Shown here piece after piece: positions 29,633-39,467 of a stretch of DNA of 64,000 nucleotides. The notes under the pieces are model-generated. The model worked only from the letters and a program-made list of their open reading frames with translations, did not search any database and was not told the origin of the DNA. How positions within the stretch are numbered: position 1 is the first letter of the stretch; every line of letters begins with the position of its first letter. Origin of the DNA: Candidatus Latescibacterota bacterium (GTDB lineage Bacteria; Latescibacterota; UBA2968; UBA8231); assembly GCA_965203355.1 (NCBI GenBank), contig OZ241889.1, positions 1,152,001 to 1,216,000 of the forward strand, read 5' to 3'. A program made the position numbers and the translations under genes.

Positions 29633-32056
29633 ATGGCCAACAACAAGCATACTCATCGCGACCGCCAAGGACCACGGCAATACACCATCGCCCAGATCAC
29701 TGAGATGTTGCGTTCACAGGGAGCCGATCTCAACGCCAAAGACCAAAACGGCATGACTCCGTTGCACTGGGCATTGGCCAAGAATTACCCCTCCGAGATC
29801 GCTGAGAGGTTGCTTGCCCAGGGAGCCGATGCCAACGCCAAAGACCAAAACGGCATGACCCCGTTGCACCGGGCATTGGCCAAGAATTACCCCAAGATCG
29901 CTGAGAGGTTGCTTGCGCAGGGAGTCGAGGTCAACGCCAAAGACAACAATGGCATGACTCCGTTGCACCGGGCATTGGCCAAGAATTACCCCAAGATCGC
30001 TGAGGTCTTGCTTGCGCAGGGGGCCGAGGTCAACGCCAAAGACCACAATGGCAGAACCCCGTTGCACGAGGCCGCCGCCAAGAATTACGCCGAGATCGCT
30101 GAGGTCTTGCTTGCGCAGGGGGCCGAGGTCAACGCCAAAGACCACAATGGCAGAACCCCGTTGCACGAAGCGGCCAAGAATTACGACGACGCCAAGATCG
30201 CTGAGGTCTTGCTTGCGCAGGGGGCCGAGGTCAACGCTAAAGACCACAACGGCAGAACCCGGTTGCACGAGGCCGCCGCCAAGAATTACGCCAAGATCGC
30301 TGAGGTCTTGCTTGCGCAGGGAGTCGAGGTCAACGCTAAAGACAAAGACGGCAGAACCCCGTTGCACGAAGCGGCCAAGAATTACGCCTCCGAGATCGCT
30401 AAGATGTTGCTTGCGCAGGGAGCCGAGGTCAACGCCAAAGACCACAACGGCATGACCCCGTTGCACGAAGCCGCCAAAAATTACGACGCCTCCAAGATCG
30501 CTGAGGTCTTGCTTGCGCAGGGAGCCGATGCCAACGCCAAAGACAAAGGCGGCAGAACCCCGTTGCACTGGGCAGTGGCCGAGAATTACGCCAAGATCGC
30601 TGAGGTCTTGCTTGCGCAGGGAGCCGAGGTCAACGCTAAAGACAAAGGCGGCAGAACCCCGTTGCACGAAGCGGCCAAGAATTACGCCTCCGAGATCGCT
30701 AAGATGTTGCTTGCGCAGGGAGCCGAGGTCAACGCCAAAGACAAAGGCGGCAGAACTCCGTTGCACGAAGCGGCCAAGAATTACGCCTCCGAGATCGCTA
30801 AGATGTTGCTTGCGCAGGGAGCCGAGGTCAACGCCAAAGACGACAACGGCAGAACCCCGTTGCACGAAGCGGCCAAGAATTACGCCTCCGAGATCGCTGA
30901 GGTCTTGCTTGCGCAGGGAGCCGAGGTCAACGCCAAAGACAAAGGCGGCAGAACCCCGTTGCACGAAGCGGCCAAGAATGCCGCCAAGATCGCTGATATG
31001 TTGCTTGCGCAGGGAGCCGAGGTCAACGCCAAAGACAAAGGCGGCAGAACCCCGTTGCACGAAGCGGCCAAGAATGCCGCCAAGATCGCTGATATGTTGC
31101 TTGCGCAGGGAGCCGAGGTCAACGCCAAAGACAAAGGCGGTAGAACCCCGTTGCACGAAGCGGCCGAGAATTACGCCTCCGAGATCGCTGAGGTCTTGCT
31201 TGCGCAGGGAGCCGAGGTCAACGCTAAAGACGACAACGGCAGAACCCCGTTGCACGAGGCCGCCGCCGAGAATTACGCCTCCGAGATCGCTGAGGTCTTG
31301 CTTTCACGGGGAGCCGAGGTCAACGCTAAAGACAAAGATGGCAGAACCCCGTTGCACGAGGCCGCCGCCAAGGATTACGCCTCCGAGATCGCTAAGATGT
31401 TGCTTGTGCAGGGAGCCGATGCCAACGCTAAAGACGACAACGGCAGAACTCCGTTGCACGAAGCCGCGGATAGTACCGCCTCCGAGATCGCTAAGATGTT
31501 GCTTGTGCAGGGAGCCGAGGTCAATGCCAAAGACAAAGATGGCAAAACCCCGTTGCACGAAGCCGCCGCCAAGGATTACGACGCCGAGATCGCTGAGAGA
31601 TTGCTTGCGCAGGGAGCCGATGCCAACGCTAAAGACGACAACGGCAGAACTCCGTTGCACGAAGCGGCCAAGAATTACGATGAGATGTCTATTTTTTCCC
31701 TCCCAATCATCGTTGAGTTCCCATTCCTAATCCCAAATCGTCGCCTTCATGCCTCCGAGATCGTTGAGATGTTGCTTGCGCAGGGAGCCGAGGTCAATGC
31801 CAAAGACAAAGATGGCAAAACACCGTTGCACTACGCAGCACAAGCAAAGAAGGCCGCCTCCGAGATCGCTAAGGTCTTGCTTGCGCAGGGAGCCGAGGTC
31901 AATGCCAAAGACAAAGATGGCAGAACCCCGTTGCACGAGGCCGCCGCCAAGAATCACGCCATTCTCGCTGAGATGTTGCTTAAATATGGAGCCGACCCAA
32001 ACGCCAAAGACAACGAAGGCAAGACGCCGGCGTACTACCGATCTTTATTAGATTAG
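29633..32056 (+). CDS. Long ankyrin-repeat protein (about 23 repeats)
   Basis: Tandem GRTPLHEAAKNYASEIAEVLLAQGAEVNAKD units, nearly identical at DNA level (96-102 bp). Confidence 0.95.
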   Translation: MANNKHTHRDRQGPRQYTIAQITEMLRSQGADLNAKDQNGMTPLHWALAKNYPSEIAERLLAQGADANAKDQNGMTPLHRALAKNYPKIAERLLAQGVEVNAKDNNGMTPLHRALAKNYPKIAEVLLAQGAEVNAKDHNGRTPLHEAAAKNYAEIAEVLLAQGAEVNAKDHNGRTPLHEAAKNYDDAKIAEVLLAQGAEVNAKDHNGRTRLHEAAAKNYAKIAEVLLAQGVEVNAKDKDGRTPLHEAAKNYASEIAKMLLAQGAEVNAKDHNGMTPLHEAAKNYDASKIAEVLLAQGADANAKDKGGRTPLHWAVAENYAKIAEVLLAQGAEVNAKDKGGRTPLHEAAKNYASEIAKMLLAQGAEVNAKDKGGRTPLHEAAKNYASEIAKMLLAQGAEVNAKDDNGRTPLHEAAKNYASEIAEVLLAQGAEVNAKDKGGRTPLHEAAKNAAKIADMLLAQGAEVNAKDKGGRTPLHEAAKNAAKIADMLLAQGAEVNAKDKGGRTPLHEAAENYASEIAEVLLAQGAEVNAKDDNGRTPLHEAAAENYASEIAEVLLSRGAEVNAKDKDGRTPLHEAAAKDYASEIAKMLLVQGADANAKDDNGRTPLHEAADSTASEIAKMLLVQGAEVNAKDKDGKTPLHEAAAKDYDAEIAERLLAQGADANAKDDNGRTPLHEAAKNYDEMSIFSLPIIVEFPFLIPNRRLHASEIVEMLLAQGAEVNAKDKDGKTPLHYAAQAKKAASEIAKVLLAQGAEVNAKDKDGRTPLHEAAAKNHAILAEMLLKYGADPNAKDNEGKTPAYYRSLLD

Positions 32057-32144
32057 CGATAATGTAAAGTATGATTGCGGCGGCCTGACCGGGACATTCA
32101 GACCGCTTCCTAACGCCCTTCCTTTAAGGAGGCAAGAGACGGCT

Positions 32145-33773
32145 ATGATGCGGGGAATGCTCGTTGCAGCTTTGATCTTTGGGCGCCTAGCAGCCAATGC
32201 CAGTGAAGGCTATACACCGCTGCACGATGCGGCGTGGAAAAATGCGGCGGAGGCCGCTGAGGTTTTGCTCAAAAATGGGGCCGCTGTCAACGCTAAAACC
32301 AATAAGGGCTATACGCCGTTGCACGAAGCGGCGTGGAAGAATGCGGCGGCGACCGCTGCGGTCTTGCTTCAGCATGGGGCCGCTGTCAACGCCCAAACCA
32401 ATGAGGGCAGAACGCCGCTGCACGATGCGGCGTGGAAGAATTTTTCTGCGACCGTTGCGGTTTTGCTCCAGCACGGGGCCGATGTCAACGCCAAAAATCA
32501 CAATGGCCTCACGCCGCTACACGAGGCGGCTTTGAAGAATGCTTCTGCGGCCGTTGCGGTTTTGCTTGAGCATGATGCCGCCGTCAACGCCAAAGACCAT
32601 AATGGCCTCACGCCGCTGCACGGGGCGGCGGAAAGTAATGCTTCTGAGGCCGCGGAGGTTTTGCTCAAAAATGGGGCCGCTGCCAACGCTAAAACCAATA
32701 AGGGCTACACGCCGTTGCACGAAGCAGCGGGCAGTAATTCTTCTGTGACCGCCGAGGTTTTGCTTGAGCATGATGCCGCTGTCAACGCCCAAACCAATGA
32801 TGGCCTTACGCCGTTGCACGAGGCGGCGGAAAGTAATGCTTCTGCGGCCGTTGCGGTTTTGCTTGAGCATGGGGCCGCCGTCAACGCCCAAACCAATAAG
32901 GGCAGAACGCCGCTGGCCGTTGCGGTAGAGGCCAATGCGGCGGCGGCGGCGGAAGTTTTGCTTGAGCATGGAGCCGCTGCCAACGCCCAAACCAATGAGA
33001 GCGGCACGCCGCTGCACGGGGCGGCGCGGAAGAATGCTTCAGCGGCGGCGGAAGTTTTGCTCAAGAACGGAGCCGCCGCCAACGCCCAAACCACCCATGG
33101 CGGCTTTACGCCGCTGCACCTTGCGGCAGTGATTAATGCGGCGGCTACTGCGGCGGTTCTGCTTGAGCATGGGGCCGCTGCCAACGCCAAAAACCACAAT
33201 GGCCTCACGCCACTGCACCTTGCAGCGAATGCTTTTGAGACCGCTGATGTTTTGCTCCGGCATGGGGCCGCTGCCAACGCCAGCGACCATGATGGCGGTA
33301 CGCCGCTACACCTTGCGGCAGTGATCAATGCGGCGACGGTGGCCGAGGTTTTGCTTGATCATGGGGCCGCTGTCAACGCCAAAAACCACAATGGCCTCAC
33401 GCCGTTGGACGTTGCGGTAGAGGCCGATGCGGCGGCGGTTGCGGCGGTTTTGCTCGAGCATGGGGCCGCTGCCAACGCCAAAAACCATGATGACGGCACA
33501 CTGCTGCACTTTGCGGCGGTGATTAACGCGGCGGCGGTCGCCGCGGTTTTGCTCAAAAACGGAGCCGCTGCCAACGCCCAAACCACCCATGGCGGCTTTA
33601 CGCCGCTGCACTTTGCGGCGGTGATGAATGCGGCGGCGGTCGCTGAGGTTTTGCTCAAAAATGGAGCCGCTGCCAACGCCAACGACCATAATGGTGCTAC
33701 GCCGCTGCACTTTGCGGTAGAGGCGAATGCTTCGGCGGCGGCGGCGGTTTTGGGTCGTTACGGTGCCCGGTAG
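32145..33773 (+). CDS. Ankyrin-repeat protein (about 16 repeats) with probable signal peptide
   Basis: MMRGMLVAALIFGRLAANA leader, then GxTPLH...VLLEHGAAVNA repeats. Confidence 0.93.
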   Translation: MMRGMLVAALIFGRLAANASEGYTPLHDAAWKNAAEAAEVLLKNGAAVNAKTNKGYTPLHEAAWKNAAATAAVLLQHGAAVNAQTNEGRTPLHDAAWKNFSATVAVLLQHGADVNAKNHNGLTPLHEAALKNASAAVAVLLEHDAAVNAKDHNGLTPLHGAAESNASEAAEVLLKNGAAANAKTNKGYTPLHEAAGSNSSVTAEVLLEHDAAVNAQTNDGLTPLHEAAESNASAAVAVLLEHGAAVNAQTNKGRTPLAVAVEANAAAAAEVLLEHGAAANAQTNESGTPLHGAARKNASAAAEVLLKNGAAANAQTTHGGFTPLHLAAVINAAATAAVLLEHGAAANAKNHNGLTPLHLAANAFETADVLLRHGAAANASDHDGGTPLHLAAVINAATVAEVLLDHGAAVNAKNHNGLTPLDVAVEADAAAVAAVLLEHGAAANAKNHDDGTLLHFAAVINAAAVAAVLLKNGAAANAQTTHGGFTPLHFAAVMNAAAVAEVLLKNGAAANANDHNGATPLHFAVEANASAAAAVLGRYGAR

Positions 33774-33823
33774 TGTAACCTATTAGCGAAGGCCCTGCAT
33801 CCGATCTTGGCTTGAGATGCTAA

Positions 33824-33967
33824 GAGGTTTTTTAAAAAATATTCTTATTGTTTTTTAATCCCCCCAAAAGCCTAGTAGTAATGGAGTCTCGCCCGCGGAA
33901 AACGCCCGATCGAGGAACCGCTCGACGGCCCGTTGAAGTAGTCCGACGAGAGGTTTAAAAACGCTTC
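33824..33967. mobile_element. 144-bp MITE related to 12152-12250, TAA-flanked
   Basis: TAA|GAGGTTTTTTAAA...TTTAAAAACGCTTC|TAA; right part is a reverse-complement match to the first element. Confidence 0.75.
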
Positions 33968-33997
33968 TAAGGAGTTCCCCGCACAGCAACCGGAACG

Positions 33998-34048
33998 GCG
34001 GTAGATTTTGCCGAGGTTTTCAACGACGATTTGGGGCGTGAACGCTAA
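33998..34048. repeat. 51-bp direct repeat, decayed orphan copy
   Basis: Minus strand reads [14 protein letters not shown] versus [14 protein letters not shown]; ATG changed to ACG. Confidence 0.88.
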
Positions 34049-34082
34049 CATTGGCGGCACGTGGATGGGATGCAGCCGCCCG

Positions 34083-35624
34083 TTAATGCAGGCTGGCGAT
34101 AAAGGCATTGAGAAACGGCAAGAGTACCCCCACCAATGCTCCCAGTACCGCCCCCAGCAAATTGATATAGCGCAATTGATCGCTGATGATACCCTTGATC
34201 AGACGCTCCACCCGCAACAGATCGAACTTCATAATTTTGGCGTACACCATGTTTTGAACATCGAACCTTTCAATCAGTAACGGTACTTGTGTCGCTAACA
34301 CTTTTGTCGCTTTGTCCTGTGCCCACTGAACCAGCGCTTTCTCTTCGTCCAGTCGCAGGCCAGTCCACTTCCGCAACGGTGTGCGACTGTGCTGTAAGTG
34401 CTGTCGCAAAAAAGTGCTCAACCGTACGCTCCAGGGTTCAATTTTGTCCTTGGGCACTTGCAACGCCTTCGACAAATGCTGCCGCATGGTGCGTCGCGCC
34501 TTTTCTGGCACCATCTCGTCGAGTCGGTGCTTGCGGTACTTGTGGTAATGGTGGCGCAGAAAGCTCCCCAGCGCCTCCTGCGCCTCTCGGCTCGAAATCC
34601 AAGTCGCGGCCACCGATCCGACGCGCTGGGCCAAAACATGGCGATGCTCTCCCACCACCTCGACCACGGGCTTGCCCAATAAGTCATTGACGCCATTGAT
34701 GAGCTGTTTAGCGAGTTTCTCGCGCACTTCTTGGCTGTGCAAAAACTCTTGGGCCAGTTGGGGAATGCGCTGGCGCAATGCTTGGGTGATGTTTTCCCGA
34801 AAAAAGTGCAAGCCCAAATTGACGATCAGGCTCTTGAGCCAAGCCCCTTGTTCGGCGGACGCTGTAAGTGCTTTCAAGATTCGCTCGACCAGAGCCTCCA
34901 TATTCTCAGGATCCTTCAGCCAGCGGGCTATACGCACCATCATTTCCGGGATTTCGCGCTGCAATCGGTCGTGTAAAACATCGCGCAATTCCGCCGGGAC
35001 GATGTTTTCTAGCGGCGTATCCGATCCGAGGTAATCTTCCAATCGCTCCTGTAGGGTATGGGCCAAGTAATCTCGCGTTTCTCGCTGGGTCAGTACTCCG
35101 CCGGCCATGTCGATGAATTCATCGAGTTGTTCTGCCGACAGCACCTGTTCGACTTGCAGCGCACCCAAGTGCGTTTCCAGCGTGTCCAAAAGCCGCCGTT
35201 TTAACTCCAGTCCCGACTTGCTTTCGCTCCACTCAGCCATCCATTCGAGCCACCGTCGCGTTGCTTTATCCAAGCCCTCCTGTTGCCATTCCAGCGGTAA
35301 TTGAGCAAAACCAGAAGCCAAGCTAGCACTTAATACCGAGTCCATTTGAGTGGCGACAAAGCGATGCAAACTCTTCTGCAAAGTCGCGTTCTGCAACTGC
35401 TCGAACAAATAGTCTCGGGCCAACAAATCGGTCCCTACAACATTGGAGATATTGCTGGCTAGTTTCTCTTTATTGCGCGGAATGATTCCCTGCCAACCGA
35501 GGCTATACCAGCGCGGCCGCAGCGGACGGAACAGCGACTTGATGGCCAACCAATTGGTGCCAAAACCGATTAGTGCTCCCAGTGCGGCACTGGCGATGAT
35601 TTGGCTTACAGTGATCAAAGTCAT
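34083..35624 (-). CDS. DUF445-family membrane protein
   Basis: IGFGTNWLAIKSLFRP, QGIIP, C-terminal LRYINLLGAVLG. Confidence 0.9.
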   Translation of the reverse strand: MTLITVSQIIASAALGALIGFGTNWLAIKSLFRPLRPRWYSLGWQGIIPRNKEKLASNISNVVGTDLLARDYLFEQLQNATLQKSLHRFVATQMDSVLSASLASGFAQLPLEWQQEGLDKATRRWLEWMAEWSESKSGLELKRRLLDTLETHLGALQVEQVLSAEQLDEFIDMAGGVLTQRETRDYLAHTLQERLEDYLGSDTPLENIVPAELRDVLHDRLQREIPEMMVRIARWLKDPENMEALVERILKALTASAEQGAWLKSLIVNLGLHFFRENITQALRQRIPQLAQEFLHSQEVREKLAKQLINGVNDLLGKPVVEVVGEHRHVLAQRVGSVAATWISSREAQEALGSFLRHHYHKYRKHRLDEMVPEKARRTMRQHLSKALQVPKDKIEPWSVRLSTFLRQHLQHSRTPLRKWTGLRLDEEKALVQWAQDKATKVLATQVPLLIERFDVQNMVYAKIMKFDLLRVERLIKGIISDQLRYINLLGAVLGALVGVLLPFLNAFIASLH

Positions 35625-35665
35625 TCTCGTTTATCGCACAATTTCACGTGTATCCTCCTCGTGCC

Positions 35666-37435
35666 TTACCCTTGCACTGGCTGCAAATTGAGCAGCACCA
35701 ACAGCCACACTCGGTGCCAATAGGCACTGTTGATGTACGGGCTGTACTCGGACGGCCAGTTGCGCCAGTAGGTTTGGTTGTGCGGAATGCGGTGATACCA
35801 CTGCAAGAGCGGGATCGACGGCAGTTCGGCGAGCCATATTTCCATGGCTTGGCGGTACAATTGCCCTAGCTGTGGATCGCGCGGGGCGATTGCTGCCATT
35901 TGATCGACGATTCGGTCGAATTCTTGGTTTTGCCAGCGCCAGAAGTACTCGGCGGGCGTGCCAGTCGGCTGCACGAAGCGGCTGTGGTAGAGCCGCAGCG
36001 TAAAGTACGGATCGCGCACGCTGCCGCCGTGCCCGTTGATAAAGGAACGTGCCGTGCCGTGCGACATGCGGGTATAGGTGTCCGGGGTGTTGCGGAAGTC
36101 CGCGTCAAAACCCGCGTGCTCTAGTTGCGCGACCAAGACCGGCGTGATGTCTTGGAAAATCGAGGAGATGTCGATGACCATCTTAAACGGCTCGCCGTCC
36201 TTAGTCCAATAGCCGCCTTCGGGCCGCTGCCAGCCCATGCCCTCCATTAGCGCCGCGCTCTTGGCGAGGTCAAAGACCCCGATCTCGTATCGCGCTAGCA
36301 AATCTTCGACCTCGCTGAAGTACGGGCGGAGCGCCGGATACGCGGGGAAGGGCAGGAGCGTCGAGGTGCCCGCTCCTTGCCAGCCGATTTCTACGAGTTG
36401 TTCGCGGTTGATGGCGTAGTTGATCGCCCGGCGCACATTCACGTCTGAGAAGGGGGCCTCTAAGTTGTTAAAGCCCAGCGAAATAGGCCAAAAATCCACG
36501 TAGCCATACGGCGGGGCCCGCCCGGTCCACGTCGTCACGCGGGGATTGCGGTCGAGTACGGTCTGGATGTTGGGTGGCCGGAGGTCTAGACAGGTATCTA
36601 TGTGATTGGTGATTAGGTTCTGGACGCGCTTGGATTCTTCCATGTAAGGCAGGTAGATGATGCGCTCGACTTTGGGCAGGGATTGGAAGCCGGTGGCCGC
36701 GGCCCACCAATCCGACCGCAAGTCCCAGATGCGCTGCTGCGGCGTGGATAGCACCAGCTTGTACGGCCCGGAAAACACCGGCCAGCCCTTTTGCGGATCG
36801 AAGTGGGTAAAGGTGTCTGGCGCCTGCCCTTCCCACACGTGCTTAGGCACGATCGGCACCCCATTGCCGAAGTTGTGGGTGAAATACGAAAAGACAAAGC
36901 GCGGGTTGGGGGCTGTCAGCGCGATGCGCGCCGTCAGGCTATCGACGGCTACGGCCTCTTGGACCCAGTTTTCCATGTCGGTCGAATAGGACAACAGGGG
37001 CGCGTGACGGCGGAGCATGTTGATCGTAAAGACCAAATCGTGCGCCGTCCACGGCTGTCCGTCGCTCCATTTGACCCCCGGGCGAATGGCGATTACCACT
37101 TCGGTATAGGCGTCGTTGAAGCGGTGGTCGGTGGCAATCCAAGGAATCAGTTTGCCCTCGAAGGCATTGTAAAAGTACAGCGGCTCAAAAACGAAGTTGT
37201 ACCCCGTGCGCGAAGTGGTTTCTGGCAGATAGGGATTGAACGAATTGTAGTCTTGAATCTGTCCGGCGCAGGTGCCGCTTTCGGCGCAGTCCACGATCAA
37301 GGTGCGGTTCCGCGGGACTTGGACCAGCGCCGTTTCCTCGGCGTTCTCGCGCGGGTCGGCCGCTTGGTCGGAGGGGGTGTCGCCGCAGCCGCTGAGCAGC
37401 CACAAGCTGAGCAATGTGCAGGGGATGCGTTTCAT
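35666..37435 (-). CDS. Family 5 ABC substrate-binding lipoprotein
   Basis: Lipobox LSGC; GVKWSDGQPWTAHD; VRRAINYAINR. Confidence 0.9.
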   Translation of the reverse strand: MKRIPCTLLSLWLLSGCGDTPSDQAADPRENAEETALVQVPRNRTLIVDCAESGTCAGQIQDYNSFNPYLPETTSRTGYNFVFEPLYFYNAFEGKLIPWIATDHRFNDAYTEVVIAIRPGVKWSDGQPWTAHDLVFTINMLRRHAPLLSYSTDMENWVQEAVAVDSLTARIALTAPNPRFVFSYFTHNFGNGVPIVPKHVWEGQAPDTFTHFDPQKGWPVFSGPYKLVLSTPQQRIWDLRSDWWAAATGFQSLPKVERIIYLPYMEESKRVQNLITNHIDTCLDLRPPNIQTVLDRNPRVTTWTGRAPPYGYVDFWPISLGFNNLEAPFSDVNVRRAINYAINREQLVEIGWQGAGTSTLLPFPAYPALRPYFSEVEDLLARYEIGVFDLAKSAALMEGMGWQRPEGGYWTKDGEPFKMVIDISSIFQDITPVLVAQLEHAGFDADFRNTPDTYTRMSHGTARSFINGHGGSVRDPYFTLRLYHSRFVQPTGTPAEYFWRWQNQEFDRIVDQMAAIAPRDPQLGQLYRQAMEIWLAELPSIPLLQWYHRIPHNQTYWRNWPSEYSPYINSAYWHRVWLLVLLNLQPVQG

Positions 37436-37445
37436 AATTGGGCCT

Positions 37446-37538
37446 CGTCTCGTTTAACCTCGCGTTGAACCTTTTGGCAGCTACTGGTCACTGGCTACTG
37501 ACCACTGATCACTGTATCCGTCTCGTTTAACCTCGCGT
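37446..37538. repeat. Heptamer tract between 20-bp direct repeats
   Basis: cgtctcgtttaacctcgcgt at 37446-37465 and 37519-37538, enclosing actggtc-actggct-actgacc-actgatc-actg. Confidence 0.85.
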
Positions 37539-37671
37539 AGTGGTCGCCAAAAGTATCAACGCGCGTTGGGAGGGTCAACCGACTTGAGTGCCGCGGCCGC
37601 CCCGCCTATACTACCTTCATCCGAGCTCAATGCGGTCATACTGCACTCTATATAACCCCAAGGAAAAAGCC

Positions 37672-39276
37672 ATGTACGACCTGCTAATCCGCAACGCTCA
37701 ACTCCTCGACGGCAGCGGCCAGCCCGCTTTTCGCGGCGACATCGCCATTGAGCAGGGCCGCATCGTGGCCATTGGCGACCTTGCGGCCGCCGAAGCGAGT
37801 CGCACTATCGCGGCCGAGGGCTGCATCGCCTGCCCCGGCTTCATCGACATCCACACGCATTCGGACCTGACCCTGGCCCTCGATGGTCGCGCCCTCAGTT
37901 CCCTGATGCAGGGCATTACGACTCAAGTCATGGGCAACTGCGGCGTCTCGGCCGCACCGACCCGCGACTACGAGCCGTACTACGGCCCGCTCGACCCGGC
38001 CATGACCCGTGGCTTGGAGTGCGATTGGACTCATTTCGGCGATTATTTTCAGCGGCTCGAAGCCAATGGGCTGGGCACGAATACCGCGACCTTGGTCGGC
38101 CACGGCAACGTGCGCGTCGCCGCTATGGGCTACGACGACCGCCCGCCGACTGCGGCGGAAATGGAGCAGATGAAGACGCTCGTTGCCCGCGCCATGGAAG
38201 ATGGCGCGCTGGGCTTGTCGTCGGGCTTGGCGTACGCGCCCGGCCCGTATGCGGCGCTGGCAGAACTCGTTGAGTTGGGCAAGGTCGTGTCTGAGTACGG
38301 CGGCATCTACACCTCGCACATCCGCAACCAGACCGAGTCGATTGCCCAAGCGGTCGGCGAGGTCATCGCCGTGGGCGAGCAAGCCGCGGTTGCCGCTCAT
38401 GTCTCGCACATGCAGCCGGGTGCGCCGATGATCGGTGCGACCCGCGAGCTGCTCGCCGCAATGGACCAGAAGCGCCGCGAGGGCTGCGACATTAGCTGCG
38501 ACGCCATTCCCTATACGGTCGGCAGCACCACCCTCAAGTCGCTGTTGCCCCCTTGGGCTTTGGCCGGCGGCGACGAGGAACTGCTGAGGAGGCTGCAAGA
38601 CCCAGCGGCCCGCGCCAAAATCGAACAGGACACCAAGCAGTACGGGGCTGAGAGCGGCGGTAGCCGCAAGCGCAACTTGGCGCGGGATGGGCAATGGGAC
38701 CAGATCTGGCTGGGCAGTGCCGAGCAAAACGCCGCCTTAGTCGGGCTGAGCTTTGCCGAGATTGGTCGGCGGCGCGGTCAAACCCCTCACGACGCGGTTT
38801 GCGACATCCTCGTCGAAGAGCGTGCGCGGCCGTGGATGCTGGCCGAGGACGTGTCTGAAGAGGACTTCCTCAACATCGCCCGCCACTCCATGGGCGGCGT
38901 CATCTCCGATGGCTTCTCGCTGGCGCCTGAAGGCACCTTGGCCGAAGGCAAGCACCACCCTCGCTCTTATGGGGCTTTCCCCTACTTCTTGCGCCGCTTC
39001 GTCCGCGAGCAAGGCTCGCTGCGCTGGGAAGAGGCCATCCACAAACTCACGGGCCACCCGGCCGCCCGCTTCCGCTTGCATGCGCGCGGCCTGTTGCGCG
39101 AAGGCTACTGGGCCGACCTCGTGGTCTTCGATCCCGCCGCCATCGGCGAGTGCGCCGATTTTGCCGACCCCTACCGCTATCCGCAAGGCATTGACTGCGT
39201 AATTGTCAATGGGCGGATCGCGGTGGAACGAGGAGCAGTAGCCGACAGCCGCGCCGGACAGATCGTCCGGGCCTGA
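37672..39276 (+). CDS. N-acyl-D-amino-acid deacylase family amidohydrolase
   Basis: PGFIDIHTHSD, GNCG, SHIR, HPRSYGAFP, ADLVVFD. Confidence 0.92.
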   Translation: MYDLLIRNAQLLDGSGQPAFRGDIAIEQGRIVAIGDLAAAEASRTIAAEGCIACPGFIDIHTHSDLTLALDGRALSSLMQGITTQVMGNCGVSAAPTRDYEPYYGPLDPAMTRGLECDWTHFGDYFQRLEANGLGTNTATLVGHGNVRVAAMGYDDRPPTAAEMEQMKTLVARAMEDGALGLSSGLAYAPGPYAALAELVELGKVVSEYGGIYTSHIRNQTESIAQAVGEVIAVGEQAAVAAHVSHMQPGAPMIGATRELLAAMDQKRREGCDISCDAIPYTVGSTTLKSLLPPWALAGGDEELLRRLQDPAARAKIEQDTKQYGAESGGSRKRNLARDGQWDQIWLGSAEQNAALVGLSFAEIGRRRGQTPHDAVCDILVEERARPWMLAEDVSEEDFLNIARHSMGGVISDGFSLAPEGTLAEGKHHPRSYGAFPYFLRRFVREQGSLRWEEAIHKLTGHPAARFRLHARGLLREGYWADLVVFDPAAIGECADFADPYRYPQGIDCVIVNGRIAVERGAVADSRAGQIVRA

Positions 39277-39467
39277 GCCGGGCGGCTCCTTTTCTTGACC
39301 TGACGGAAGCCGTCAACGACATTGCAAAGGCCATTGTGGATTCAGGGCGGCTGCCGCCGGGATCAGCACGTGACTAATTCAGTATAGATATTCTGTTGAC
39401 TTAGCCTTGTCGACACATTGCCAATGCGACAATTGTGAAGGAACTCCGCATTTTCTAGGGGCTTACC

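Noticed and set aside
29714-31730. Long alternative-frame and antisense ORFs over the ankyrin gene
   Set aside because: Stop-free shadows produced by tandem repetition.
29700-33770. Regular repeats as a CRISPR array or DGR target
   Set aside because: Units are contiguous in-frame ankyrin codons with no unique spacers; no cas or reverse transcriptase gene in the window.
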